A stretch of 64,000 nucleotides of DNA, taken from the NCBI GenBank assembly GCA_964561325.1, contig CAZLPE010000001.1, forward strand, positions 286 to 64,285. The letters run 5' to 3'. The stretch is from an uncultured Flavipsychrobacter sp. (GTDB taxonomy: Bacteria; Bacteroidota; Bacteroidia; Chitinophagales; Chitinophagaceae). Below are positions 9,752 through 19,419 of the stretch, piece by piece; within the stretch, counting starts at the first letter, position 1, and each line of letters opens with the position of its first letter. The notes beneath the pieces are model-generated. The model worked only from the letters and a program-made list of their open reading frames with translations. It was not told where the DNA came from and made no database searches. A program made the position numbers and the translations under genes.

Positions 9752-10768
9752 TTAGGTTATGCTCTTAAAAATGGTATAACGAAGCAGCAATTCTATTACA
9801 AGACATACGATTGCTACCATGGCAAATGGGAAAAACAATTCGGTATACCGCTTGTAAGATGTGATGTCTATCTTGGTTTTCTCCAGCTTATCTATTTCGT
9901 TGTAGATACCCTCCAACGATTTGTTTCCGGTGGCTCTGTAATACTTACCTCTTGTTTCAGATGCAATTTGCTTCATCAATGGCTCATCAATTTCTACCGG
10001 TACCATTTGCTTCACTGTGCCAAATGGCGTTTGCACAGGCATAGGTGCCTGGCCAATTGTGCCTATCCCTATTGTATAAACGCGTATTTTGAATGCTTTT
10101 GCTATTTCTAAAGCCGTGATTGGAGCAAAAGGTACGGAAACGTTGTTTACGCCATCCGTCATTAATATCACTACTTTGCTCTTGCTTTTTGAAAAGCGCA
10201 ACCTGTCGACCGATGTAGCAAGGCCCATACCAATAGCTGTACCATCGGTAAGCATGCCATTTTTTATCTGCGATATTTGCTCTTTCAGCACGTTGTGGTC
10301 TATGGTCATCGGGCACATGGTGAAACTCTCTCCCGAAAATATGACCATACCTATACGGTCGGTAGGACGTTGATCCACAAATTTCAACGCCATTTCTTTA
10401 ACCGCTTCTACCCTATTGGGCTTAAAATCTTCGGCCATCATACTACCGGACACGTCCATTGCCAACACAATATCGATGCCCTCGTTATTTATGTTCTCCG
10501 TAGTGTTGCTCGACTGCGGCCGTGCAAGCGCTATAGTAAGCATGACTATTGATAATATGCGCAATACAAATAATACAGGACGGAATGCCGCTTTCCCGCC
10601 CGGTTTGGCTAAGTTAATCCCCGATACCGTTGTAAGACGTAATGCGGGATTGTCTGTTTTTCGACGCCTGTATTGCCACCAAATCATTAATGGAACCAGC
10701 GCAAACAAACCAAAAAAGTAGGGATGAGCAAACGTCAGGTGTTTCCAATCAAGCAATGTCTTTATCAT
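9752..10768 (-). CDS. batA: BatA-type VWA domain protein
   Basis: N-terminal FAHPYFF TM segment, LARPQS, MIDAS DVSGSM, DGTAIGMGL, TDGVNN and GKYYRAT motifs. Confidence 0.88.
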   Translation of the reverse strand: MIKTLLDWKHLTFAHPYFFGLFALVPLMIWWQYRRRKTDNPALRLTTVSGINLAKPGGKAAFRPVLFVLRILSIVMLTIALARPQSSNTTENINNEGIDIVLAMDVSGSMMAEDFKPNRVEAVKEMALKFVDQRPTDRIGMVIFSGESFTMCPMTIDHNVLKEQISQIKNGMLTDGTAIGMGLATSVDRLRFSKSKSKVVILMTDGVNNVSVPFAPITALEIAKAFKIRVYTIGIGTIGQAPMPVQTPFGTVKQMVPVEIDEPLMKQIASETRGKYYRATGNKSLEGIYNEIDKLEKTKIDITSYKRYTELFFPFAMVAIVCLVIELLLRYTIFKSIT

Positions 10769-10770
10769 AT

Positions 10771-11985
10771 CTATTCGACTGGGTTATCTGTATTGTTATT
10801 CGGCTTTTCGTTCTGGTTTTTCAAAAAATCTTCCAATGGCGTCAACTTCGCTTCTTTACGCATCCATCGGCTATTGTCATCGGCTGTTCTATCGGCCGAT
10901 TCGTTGGTAGCAGTAAGTGGAGCCACCTCTGTTGCGGGCTGAGCAGGCTGAGCGCCAATTTCTAATGGATTGCCTACCGGATAAAGCGGCACACGCGACC
11001 TGTCTATAAACTCCCGAGCTTTCTCCATTGCGTCTACATGCTCTTGAGGAAGCGGTTGCGCCTTTGCAAATTTTGCCAGATCGGCAGTATGCAGCACCAC
11101 CGACAACGATGAAATGTAGGGCAACATCTCTTTATTGAGTTGGGCTTGCTCTATTAATTCATCGGTTGTCAACTCCATTGCGTGCGTAGCGAAACGTTTT
11201 TCTATATAAGTACGAACGATATCGGTTAGCTCTATATAGTATTCCTTTATTTTATTTTTCTGCCACAGTTGCTTACTCTCTAATTCTGCCAGCATTTTCA
11301 GCATCTGATCCTGTAACGATATTTCGGGAGCATGCACAACCGCTGGTTGTTTTTTGCGCATTTTTTGTATATAAATACCCGCTATAACCGCCAATATTAA
11401 AGCGCCTATACCGCCAACTATATACCAGATATAATCCTTCCAAGTGGTTTGTACATAAATAATGCCCTTAATGCCTTTAAAGTCTTTGGTAGTATCTACG
11501 GCCACTGATTGAACGAGTAGCTGTAGGGAATCGGATTGCACAGTGTAAGGCGATCCTGTAGAAGGGATTACTGGAAACTTAAAAGCAGGAATTTGAAACA
11601 TGCCAGAATCAAAACCTGTAATTATAAGACGTTGTCTGTACACAAAACGGTCGCCATTTTTTACAGTGTCAATCTTGCCACGTTCCACAATTTCCAATGT
11701 ATTAAATGTGTCCGGCGTAACGGCCCACTGCAATCGTCCGGCTGCGGGATTGTGTTCCACCTCCAAAAACATGCGCGCCTGATCCCCAACCATTATTTGC
11801 TTAGCATCTATTCGGGTTGTTACTTTAGGCGGTGTTTGTGCATAGGCTGTCGAAATAGACGCCACACAACATATTGTTGCCCCCAATACAAGGGTACGCG
11901 CAATATTGCGGCGTCCGGGTACGTCAGGACTTTGGCAGTTAATTCTCTTGCTATTATGTGTAAACCAGGCAGTTATTCCATTCAT
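10771..11985 (-). CDS. Bat-locus membrane-anchored protein (BatD-like N-terminal domain)
   Basis: Beta-rich domain, single TM (YIWYIVGGIGALILAVIAG), YIEKRF...ELTTDE and DLAKFAK motifs; lies between DUF58 and batA. Confidence 0.7.
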   Translation of the reverse strand: MNGITAWFTHNSKRINCQSPDVPGRRNIARTLVLGATICCVASISTAYAQTPPKVTTRIDAKQIMVGDQARMFLEVEHNPAAGRLQWAVTPDTFNTLEIVERGKIDTVKNGDRFVYRQRLIITGFDSGMFQIPAFKFPVIPSTGSPYTVQSDSLQLLVQSVAVDTTKDFKGIKGIIYVQTTWKDYIWYIVGGIGALILAVIAGIYIQKMRKKQPAVVHAPEISLQDQMLKMLAELESKQLWQKNKIKEYYIELTDIVRTYIEKRFATHAMELTTDELIEQAQLNKEMLPYISSLSVVLHTADLAKFAKAQPLPQEHVDAMEKAREFIDRSRVPLYPVGNPLEIGAQPAQPATEVAPLTATNESADRTADDNSRWMRKEAKLTPLEDFLKNQNEKPNNNTDNPVE

Positions 11986-12079
11986 ATATTCAAACCCCTT
12001 GTTGTATAGTTGCAGTTGGTATAAAATAGTTTGTTTACAAGCTTACCTAAATGTTACCCAATTGTAGGCAGCGCCTTTA

Positions 12080-12946
12080 TTACCTGCCCTTAAAATAACT
12101 CTGTAAGACTTTTACATAGTCTTCGTCTGTACGAACATGAAGCAATTCTGCGCCGCTTTTTCTAAACGACTGTATACAACTCTTGTTTTTTTGCTCAAAA
12201 GCTCCTTCATATTGCACTTTTACCGTCTTGCTATCTGTATCAAGCCAAAATTGCTGACCAGATTCTGCATCCATTACCTGCACTAAGCCCGCCGACGGCA
12301 ATTCTTTATCGTATTTGTCATACACATGTATACCCACCAGATCGTGGCGACGGGCGGCAAGTTGCAATGCCTGATCGAATGGCCCGCTCACAAAATCGCT
12401 GAGTAAAAACGTGATAGTCCGTTTTTTCAATACATTGTTAAGAAATTCGAGCGCTACTTTTACATCTGTGCCCTTACTATCTTTAGGTTCCAGCGCTATT
12501 AACTCCCTGATAATGCGCAATATATGACCCTTTCCCTTCTTGGGTGGAATGTATTTCTCCACTTTATCGCTAAAAAAAATAACGCCTACTTTGTCATTGT
12601 TTGTTGTTGCCGAAAAGGATAATACAGCGCCCAGTTCGGCAATCAGATCGCGTTTTAGCTGTCTTTGTGTACCAAACAACGAACTTGCGCTAATATCCAC
12701 CAACAGCATAACAATTAATTCGCGTTCTTCTTCAAACACTTTCACAAACGGATGAGAAAAGCGAGCCGTAACATTCCAGTCAATAAACTTCACATCGTCG
12801 CCCGGCGTATATTCCCTTACTTCGCAAAAAGACATGCCTCTACCCTTGAATGTAGAGTGGTACTCACCGGCAAAAATGTGATTGCTAAGGCCTTTCGTCT
12901 TAATTTCTATCCGTCTAACCTTCTTAAGCAATTCAGCAGTTGTCAT
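12080..12946 (-). CDS. DUF58 domain protein
   Basis: GEYHSTFKGRGMSF, VREYTPGDDV, IDWNVTAR and DISAS motifs. Confidence 0.92.
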   Translation of the reverse strand: MTTAELLKKVRRIEIKTKGLSNHIFAGEYHSTFKGRGMSFCEVREYTPGDDVKFIDWNVTARFSHPFVKVFEEERELIVMLLVDISASSLFGTQRQLKRDLIAELGAVLSFSATTNNDKVGVIFFSDKVEKYIPPKKGKGHILRIIRELIALEPKDSKGTDVKVALEFLNNVLKKRTITFLLSDFVSGPFDQALQLAARRHDLVGIHVYDKYDKELPSAGLVQVMDAESGQQFWLDTDSKTVKVQYEGAFEQKNKSCIQSFRKSGAELLHVRTDEDYVKVLQSYFKGR

Positions 12947-12988
12947 TGTTTAGCAGTCAATTGTAGTCAAAAAAGTTGTAGAATCAGA

Positions 12989-12996
12989 CAAACGTA
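12989..12996 (-). promoter_or_regulatory. -7 element for DUF58-bat genes
   Basis: caaacgta reads TACGTTTG on the minus strand. Confidence 0.5.
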
Positions 12997-13052
12997 AAGT
13001 TGTTTTAAACCTCTATTATCTTCTTATGCGCTTTTTCATATAGTGGCAATAA

Positions 13053-14267
13053 CTAAGCAGACACTGCATGTTCAGCAATGACGCGAGTTAGAATTTCGGC
13101 CATTTTCTGCGCGCGCGCTTTGGCCTGATCTTCATCCCACAACAAACTGATAGACGATGATATGCAACGACTCATTAATGCATCGCTAATTGCAAAAGCC
13201 TGATTGGCATAATGCAAAACCTGCTTTTTTTGTTCGTCGAACAGTCTGTTCATCCAGCTGCCGTTTTGTAAGTGCTGCCACTTGCGTATGTAATGCCAGT
13301 TATTGTCGTACCAGTAAAAATTACCGCCCACTCCCTCGGCGGCAAATGCAGCTACCGCTGCTCTTGTCATTTCCTCTGTAGGCAGGAAAAACGACAGGAA
13401 GGAACCGGCATCTCCTGCCGGGTCGGGTATGCGGCGGAAAGTCAAACCCTCTACCCCGCTCAATACCTCTGCAATAATGCTGTGGTTGCGTTTTTGCAAT
13501 GTCAAAAACTCCTGCAACCTACGCACTTGCGCAAGGCCCACTGCTGCATGTAATTCGGAAATACGGAAATTGTAACCAATATACGGGTGCAGATCAGCGC
13601 CTCTGTCTTTGCCCATATGGTCATGTCCGTGATCGGTATACTGATCGCATTTGCGATAAACGTCTTCGTTGTTAGTAAGCACAGCGCCGCCTTCTCCGCA
13701 AGTGATGATTTTTACGAAATCTAAAGAAAATGTGCCAGCATCGCCAATAGTACCCAAACTACGTCCATGATATGTGGCGCCTATAGCCTGACACGCATCT
13801 TCCAACAACAACAGTTTGTGCGCTTTGCAAATGGCGACAAGTTCATCCATTTGCGCCATACTACCGCACATATGTACCGGCATCACAGCTTTGGTTCTTG
13901 TGGTGATTGCCGCTTCTACTGCTACTGGATCTAATGTCAGCGTATCGTCTATATCTACTAAAACCGGTATCGCGCCCACCGATAAAACGGCTTCGAAACT
14001 TGCTACGAAAGTAAATGATGGCATTATCACTTCATCGCCCGCGCCTATACCCAGGGCGGCCATAGCTGTGGTAAGCGCAGCAGTTCCGCTACTTACCAAT
14101 TGAGCATGCGCCACATTAAAAACACTGCACAACTCCTTTTCCAGTTCTTTTGCCTTCCACACGCCATTGCGCATTCCGTCAAATCCGTAACGCATCAGGA
14201 TACCAGTTTCCAAAACATCATTTACTTCTTTGCGCTCTTGCGCGCCAAATAATTCGTAGCCGGGCAT
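13053..14267 (-). CDS. kdnA: DegT/DnrJ PLP aminotransferase, KdnA-like (8-amino-3,8-dideoxy-octulosonate synthesis)
   Basis: Starts MPGYELFG. Carries SSGTAAL, VHMCGSMA, EDACQA, DFVKIITCGEGG (PLP Lys), DHGHDHMGKDRGA and FYWYDNNWHY, which I recognise from Shewanella KdnA. Confidence 0.78.
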   Translation of the reverse strand: MPGYELFGAQERKEVNDVLETGILMRYGFDGMRNGVWKAKELEKELCSVFNVAHAQLVSSGTAALTTAMAALGIGAGDEVIMPSFTFVASFEAVLSVGAIPVLVDIDDTLTLDPVAVEAAITTRTKAVMPVHMCGSMAQMDELVAICKAHKLLLLEDACQAIGATYHGRSLGTIGDAGTFSLDFVKIITCGEGGAVLTNNEDVYRKCDQYTDHGHDHMGKDRGADLHPYIGYNFRISELHAAVGLAQVRRLQEFLTLQKRNHSIIAEVLSGVEGLTFRRIPDPAGDAGSFLSFFLPTEEMTRAAVAAFAAEGVGGNFYWYDNNWHYIRKWQHLQNGSWMNRLFDEQKKQVLHYANQAFAISDALMSRCISSSISLLWDEDQAKARAQKMAEILTRVIAEHAVSA

Positions 14268-14284
14268 AATTAAAATTTATGTTA

Positions 14285-14292
14285 CAAAAGTA
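14285..14292 (-). promoter_or_regulatory. -7 element for the kdnA-like gene
   Basis: caaaagta reads TACTTTTG on the minus strand. Confidence 0.6.
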
Positions 14293-14538
14293 ACCGTTCC
14301 GATGTATAGGTGTTAATGACCAATACTTAAAATTTTCTGAAAAAAGGCAACCAATCGCTCCAAATACCGGCACAAAACCATCGCTTTAGGCTGAATAAGC
14401 ATTACGAACTAAAATAATGAACTTTGGCTTAACTTGCGCTTTATTTACGGTTAGTAGTACTATTAACGCAGTTTTATGACTGCCTGAAAGCAGCCGTATA
14501 GCAGGTTGCGTATTTTTATACCCAAACACAATAATTGA

Positions 14539-15639
14539 ATGAAAAAGTTATTTTTACTAAGTGGATTTACTGCGGCTACTATTTCAGTATTTGCTCAACG
14601 AGTAGATGTAAGGCGTGAACAAGTAATACCCACAGCTGTATCTCCAACTAATGGCGTTGCCAGCAAACCCACCCGCATTGGCGATACGCAGATAATAACG
14701 CACATACCAGACACTGCGCAACTGATTGCCTACTATCTGGGTGCAAATTCAGATAGTGGATTGCTAAATGGAACTAATTATTATAACGACCAATCGTTTG
14801 CCGAACGCTTCAATTTTAACGGAGCAGACAGCGCAATGCAAGTAATTGGTTTGTACGCGCAGTTTACAGGAAAAGTCAACATAGCATCTACCAAAACGGT
14901 TACGTTTAAATTATGGGACGAAGGCGAACAAAGGCTTGTGTCGTCAACGATGGCCTACAATGGTTTCCCAAATCGGGTGATCAATAGCCTTGACGTGCCT
15001 GTTACATTACTTGGCATAGGCTCAACGCCCACGCTAAACAAGTATATGTTTGCTAATCCATCAATGCGTTGGGGCAATTTTTTCATGGGCTACACGATGA
15101 ATTATGATTTCAGCGCACTTAATGGCGATACCATAGCCATAGCAAGTAGCAGGGATGGACAGAGAAAGGGCAATGTCTATTCGCTCTCAATAAATATTTC
15201 GGACTACGGTGATACAAGCGTTATGAAAATATTCAATGTTCAAAATGCAACCCAAACCTTGGACGGAACCTGGATAGACAACTATACGCAAAACGACTCT
15301 CTGCTCAACAACCTTGCCATTTATCCTATTGTTGTGATAAACGCTCCAACATCAGTAAAAGGTATCACTAAGAAAGACCTCACACTGTTTGGCGCGTTCC
15401 CTAACCCTGCATCAAATGCGGTGAACGTAAAGTTTGAATTAGCAAAAGAAGCTGATGTAAACGTGCAGATAATGGATATGAGCGACCGTGTGGTAAAAAC
15501 AACCACAAAAAACAACATAGGAGCAGGAGCACACACAATGCAGTTAGACCTGAGCGACTTACCCAATGGTAGCTACATCTATTTGATAAAAACGTCTTTG
15601 GGCGATGGAATAGCGGGAAAAATAGAAGTGTTCAAATGA
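14539..15639 (+). CDS. T9SS cargo protein (type A C-terminal sorting domain), function unknown
   Basis: Signal peptide; C-terminal FPNPASNAVNV...LSDLPNGSYIYLI...GKIEVFK. Confidence 0.88.
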   Translation: MKKLFLLSGFTAATISVFAQRVDVRREQVIPTAVSPTNGVASKPTRIGDTQIITHIPDTAQLIAYYLGANSDSGLLNGTNYYNDQSFAERFNFNGADSAMQVIGLYAQFTGKVNIASTKTVTFKLWDEGEQRLVSSTMAYNGFPNRVINSLDVPVTLLGIGSTPTLNKYMFANPSMRWGNFFMGYTMNYDFSALNGDTIAIASSRDGQRKGNVYSLSINISDYGDTSVMKIFNVQNATQTLDGTWIDNYTQNDSLLNNLAIYPIVVINAPTSVKGITKKDLTLFGAFPNPASNAVNVKFELAKEADVNVQIMDMSDRVVKTTTKNNIGAGAHTMQLDLSDLPNGSYIYLIKTSLGDGIAGKIEVFK

Positions 15640-15660
15640 TGATTTGTAAATCTAAAAAAC

Positions 15661-15699
15661 AAAAAACGGATGGCTGCCATAAACAACCATCCGTTTTTT
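15661..15699. terminator. Bidirectional terminator between convergent genes
   Basis: aaaaaacggatgg...ccatccgtttttt. Confidence 0.8.
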
Positions 15700-15714
15700 T
15701 ATAGTCTCGGTGTA

Positions 15715-16488
15715 TTACTTTGTAAAGTACTGCCCCTGAAATACAAACTCTGCCGGCCCAGTTAGGGTTATTTGTTTGGCTGTTGTTTGGCTGTCTTTCG
15801 TAAATGCCACTTTCAGTATGCCGCCGGGAGTCTCCACCTCGGTAGTGAAATCGCCAATTGAGGTACAGCTTGCTGCAATCGCTGCTGCAGTTACCCCCGT
15901 TCCACAACTCATTGTTTCGTTTTCAACGCCGCGTTCGTAGGTGCGCACTAATAGTTTATCATTGTAAGACTCAACGAAATTGACATTGATTCCATCAGGC
16001 TGAAATTCCTTCTGGTTTCTTATTCCATGACCTTCGCCATAAACATCGGTCGCTACTAAATCGCTGACCCATTTCACATAATGCGGCGAACCTGTATTGA
16101 GCATGGTGTAGCCCTCGTGGATTATTATGGCATCTACATCCTTCATTTGCAAACTCACCAGTCCGTTATCGTCTATTTTGGCTATGTGCCCGCCATCAAT
16201 TGCCTGAAAATCGGCTATGTTGTGGATAATACCCAGCTTTTTTGCAAATGCAGCAATACATCGGCCTCCATTTCCGCACATGGTGCTCTCTCTTCCATCG
16301 GAATTGAAATAGACCATCTTAAAATCGAAACCGTCAGTAAGTTCAAGCAGCATAAGCCCATCTGCGCCAATGCCAAAATTACGGTTGCACATCAACGCAA
16401 TCTGGTCGCCTGTCAGAGATATATTACCAGCCCTGTTATCGATTAAAATAAAATCGTTTCCAGCCCCCTGATACTTATAAAAGTCCAT
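15715..16488 (-). CDS. dapF: Diaminopimelate epimerase
   Basis: KYQGAGNDF, MCGNGGRC, NTGSPH and RTYERGVENETMSCGTG motifs. Confidence 0.97.
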   Translation of the reverse strand: MDFYKYQGAGNDFILIDNRAGNISLTGDQIALMCNRNFGIGADGLMLLELTDGFDFKMVYFNSDGRESTMCGNGGRCIAAFAKKLGIIHNIADFQAIDGGHIAKIDDNGLVSLQMKDVDAIIIHEGYTMLNTGSPHYVKWVSDLVATDVYGEGHGIRNQKEFQPDGINVNFVESYNDKLLVRTYERGVENETMSCGTGVTAAAIAASCTSIGDFTTEVETPGGILKVAFTKDSQTTAKQITLTGPAEFVFQGQYFTK

Positions 16489-16540
16489 AAAACATTGATT
16501 TTCACTAAACTAAATAAGAACAACTAAACAAACAACACCA

Positions 16541-17647
16541 TTAACGATATGTTGTGCCCTTAATATTTGCTTTGGCTGTATACAGGTGAACTTTAAGTGA
16601 ATCTATCGTATTCTTGGTTATCGTAAGCGGTCCGGAATGTATAGCCCTGCTGGTAAATAAGCCCAATACGTTCTCACCTCTTATATTGGTATACATTGGC
16701 TGAATTTCACTACCTGTCAGCCCAATGCCTTGTTGCAATGAAGCCTGTTGGTAATCGTAATAGTCGGGCGTACCTAAATATACAAATAGCTCGCAACGAT
16801 CTACCAGTCTAGCAACATTATCAGGAGCCTTACCCATACCTGTACCCATTGCCGAGTAGAAATCGATATTATTTATCTTATACGGAATTTGTTGATTGTT
16901 TACAGGAACAGAGAATCCTGCATTAAAATCATAATACTTCGGTGTCAGCGATCCGGTGCGCATATCAGAGTCGCTCCAGTGAAATCTAAATACAGACTGG
17001 GCTATTTTCACCTGATTGAAGTTATTGTAAGGCGGTACAGCAATGTAGGGGTAATAAACATTGTATTGAAAGTTCTTGTTTGCTGTAGTAGCAGCAAAGT
17101 CGAGCCCTGCACGGTTAAGACCAGAATCGTCTATTACATCTACACGAAATACATTGATAAAGTCCTTATCGTTCAGCACAGGAGTTTCAGCTGAGTCTAC
17201 GGCGCCGGTAGTCAGATTTCTTATTATTAATCTGTAATTGTAGTGCGGATCTAACAGATCTTTAAACTTGTAGGCATAATTTGGGGCGTTGAAAAAAGCG
17301 CCTTGCTCTTTTGGATAGCCTTCCAGGTTCATATCCACCCTTACGAGTTCTATAGAATCTTTTACACGCGCTGGATTTACCGTGTTCAAAAAGTCTATCC
17401 TTTTTATTTTAACGCTAATGTTGGAGTAAAAGCTTGAATCTGAAGTTTGCGCCATGGTAATTGCGCTCTTTTCCTGATCTAAAAACGCCTTCTGAATTCT
17501 AATGTAGTGTGCAGTATCTGCCATATCCAGAAATCCATACACTACTGTAATATTCTTATAGGGAGCGGCAACATTAAATTTTTCAGTACAACCCGTACCA
17601 ATAATAGATGCGCCAAGGGCTAAAAATGGGAAAATAAGTTTTTTCAT
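16541..17647 (-). CDS. Lipoprotein, DUF4249-like
   Basis: Lipobox IIGTG-C; TVVYGFLD..DT.HYIRIQKAF; YTNI...LGLFTSR. Confidence 0.7.
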   Translation of the reverse strand: MKKLIFPFLALGASIIGTGCTEKFNVAAPYKNITVVYGFLDMADTAHYIRIQKAFLDQEKSAITMAQTSDSSFYSNISVKIKRIDFLNTVNPARVKDSIELVRVDMNLEGYPKEQGAFFNAPNYAYKFKDLLDPHYNYRLIIRNLTTGAVDSAETPVLNDKDFINVFRVDVIDDSGLNRAGLDFAATTANKNFQYNVYYPYIAVPPYNNFNQVKIAQSVFRFHWSDSDMRTGSLTPKYYDFNAGFSVPVNNQQIPYKINNIDFYSAMGTGMGKAPDNVARLVDRCELFVYLGTPDYYDYQQASLQQGIGLTGSEIQPMYTNIRGENVLGLFTSRAIHSGPLTITKNTIDSLKVHLYTAKANIKGTTYR

Positions 17648-17897
17648 GAATAAACAACTTCTTGATAAAAGCGGTCAAAGATAAGCCAATAGTTGATAAA
17701 TGACATAGGTGAGAATGAGCCATAACACAAGGAAATGTGAAAACTACAAGAGATAATTATTGCACCGTAAAGAGACTGATAAATAGTGAGCGCGACCTGC
17801 CGGCGCTGGCAAATTCAAAAAATGGGCGGCTTAATATCTTATAGCCCAATCGCACATTAACTGCAAATTTGTACTTTCACCTGAGAATAACTATGCG

Positions 17898-18698
17898 ATG
17901 CCCATTATAACGGTACAAACCCCATTTAACATTGAACTCGAATTTAAGCTCGCTTCAGTTTTTCAGCGCGCCTTGGCCTGGGTAATAGACATTCTTATCA
18001 TTTGCGGGTATTTCTACCTTATGTTGCAGTTTTTCAATCCGTTAAAAGGCGAAACTGCAAGCAAAATAGTAGAATACCTTTTCTTAATACTACCTGTGTT
18101 TTTATACCAGTTGATGTTCGAAATTTTCCTGAATGGGCAGACAATTGGCAAGAAAATAGCGGGCATCAAGGTAATAGACAACGAGGGCAAAGAACCAACA
18201 TGGAGCCAATACCTGATAAGGTGGTTGCTATGTATTGGCAATATGTTTATATATATTATACCCTACATTCTTTTACTTACGCTCGGATTGGGAATAGCGG
18301 GTCTTTTTAGTGTAATGATGATATTTTTCATTATTTATCTACCCGATTTTTTGACTGCCGTGATATCTAAGAAATCTCAACGAATCGGAGATATCGCGGC
18401 AGGTACTGTGGTAATAGATAAAAATTATAAGCCCAACATAAGCGAGACAATATACCTTGATATAGAGGAGCGGGCATACCAACCCCAATACCCTGAAGTT
18501 ATGAAACTGAACGACCGGGATATTAACGGTATCCGCAACCTGCTGCATACAAAACGCCCATCGAAAGAAACAGAACGATACATGGGAACCGTTGCATTAA
18601 AGATTCAGACTGTTCTTGGCATAACAACCGATAGTGAGCCAAAAGTATTTCTGCAAAAACTGCTTGAAGACTACAATTACTATACCAGCAAGAGCTAA
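17898..18698 (+). CDS. RDD family membrane protein
   Basis: LASVFQRALAWVID, GQTIGKKIAGIKV and QRIGDIAAGTVV motifs. Confidence 0.92.
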   Translation: MPIITVQTPFNIELEFKLASVFQRALAWVIDILIICGYFYLMLQFFNPLKGETASKIVEYLFLILPVFLYQLMFEIFLNGQTIGKKIAGIKVIDNEGKEPTWSQYLIRWLLCIGNMFIYIIPYILLLTLGLGIAGLFSVMMIFFIIYLPDFLTAVISKKSQRIGDIAAGTVVIDKNYKPNISETIYLDIEERAYQPQYPEVMKLNDRDINGIRNLLHTKRPSKETERYMGTVALKIQTVLGITTDSEPKVFLQKLLEDYNYYTSKS

Positions 18699-18753
18699 CA
18701 CTATTTTTGTTCGCGCTAATTTTTTTGCAGTTGTAACAGCTAAATTTACATTT

Positions 18754-19413
18754 ATGAAAACAGCAATTGTTATTGGAGCTACCGGCCTCACAGGCGCACA
18801 ATTGGTTAATCAACTATTGAAAGATTCAAGATTCGAAAAAATAAAAGTATTTGTACGCAAAACCACTGGCATTGTACACCAAAAACTACAAGAACACATT
18901 GTCGATTTTAACAAACCGGAAACCTTCAAAGATCTTGTCCGGGGCGACGTACTGTATTCTGCAATGGGCACAACTTTAAAATCGGCTGGTAGCAAGGAAG
19001 CGCAATATGTAGTAGACTATACCTACCAATACAACATGGCGAAGATGGCGGCGACGAACGGGGTAAGCGCTTTGGTTTTGGTATCGTCGGCTGGCGCTAA
19101 TACCTCATCAAGCATTTTCTATTCAAGAATCAAAGGCGAATTAGAGCGCGATGTACAATTATTGCAGTTTAAATCAATTCATATTCTTAGGCCCGGCATG
19201 CTCGCCGGACCGAGAAAAGAGCATAGAGGCGGCGAAAAAATTGGAATTGCTGTGATGAATCTTGTATCGAAAATACCCGGCCTCGGCGCGTTAAAACCGA
19301 TATTGGGGGCACAGGTTGCCCAAGCTATGATCAATGCAACCTTTAAGCATGATGTTGGTATCTACACCTATAGTTTGGGTGAAGTATTCAAACTTGCCGG
19401 AAACGCCGCCTAA
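18754..19413 (+). CDS. NAD(P)-binding atypical SDR (TIP30/YraR-like)
   Basis: Start at MKTAIVIGATGLTG (Rossmann fold); VDYTY, YSRIKGELE and ILRPG motifs. Confidence 0.88.
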   Translation: MKTAIVIGATGLTGAQLVNQLLKDSRFEKIKVFVRKTTGIVHQKLQEHIVDFNKPETFKDLVRGDVLYSAMGTTLKSAGSKEAQYVVDYTYQYNMAKMAATNGVSALVLVSSAGANTSSSIFYSRIKGELERDVQLLQFKSIHILRPGMLAGPRKEHRGGEKIGIAVMNLVSKIPGLGALKPILGAQVAQAMINATFKHDVGIYTYSLGEVFKLAGNAA

Positions 19414-19419
19414 AGAACA

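Noticed and set aside
11890-11985. Tat signal (GRRNIAR) in the Bat-locus protein
   Set aside because: Lacks the S/T-R-R-x-F-L-K consensus; no cofactor motif to justify Tat export.
13044-13059. GG-N10-GC (TGGCAATAACTAAGC) on the plus strand
   Set aside because: It faces into the antisense of the kdnA-like gene with no target gene; weak consensus.
14424-14440. Sigma-54 site TTGGCTTAACTTGCGC before the T9SS cargo gene
   Set aside because: GG-N10-GC spacing holds, but the -24 and -12 flanks fit poorly and the sequence reads equally well as a primary-sigma -7 variant.
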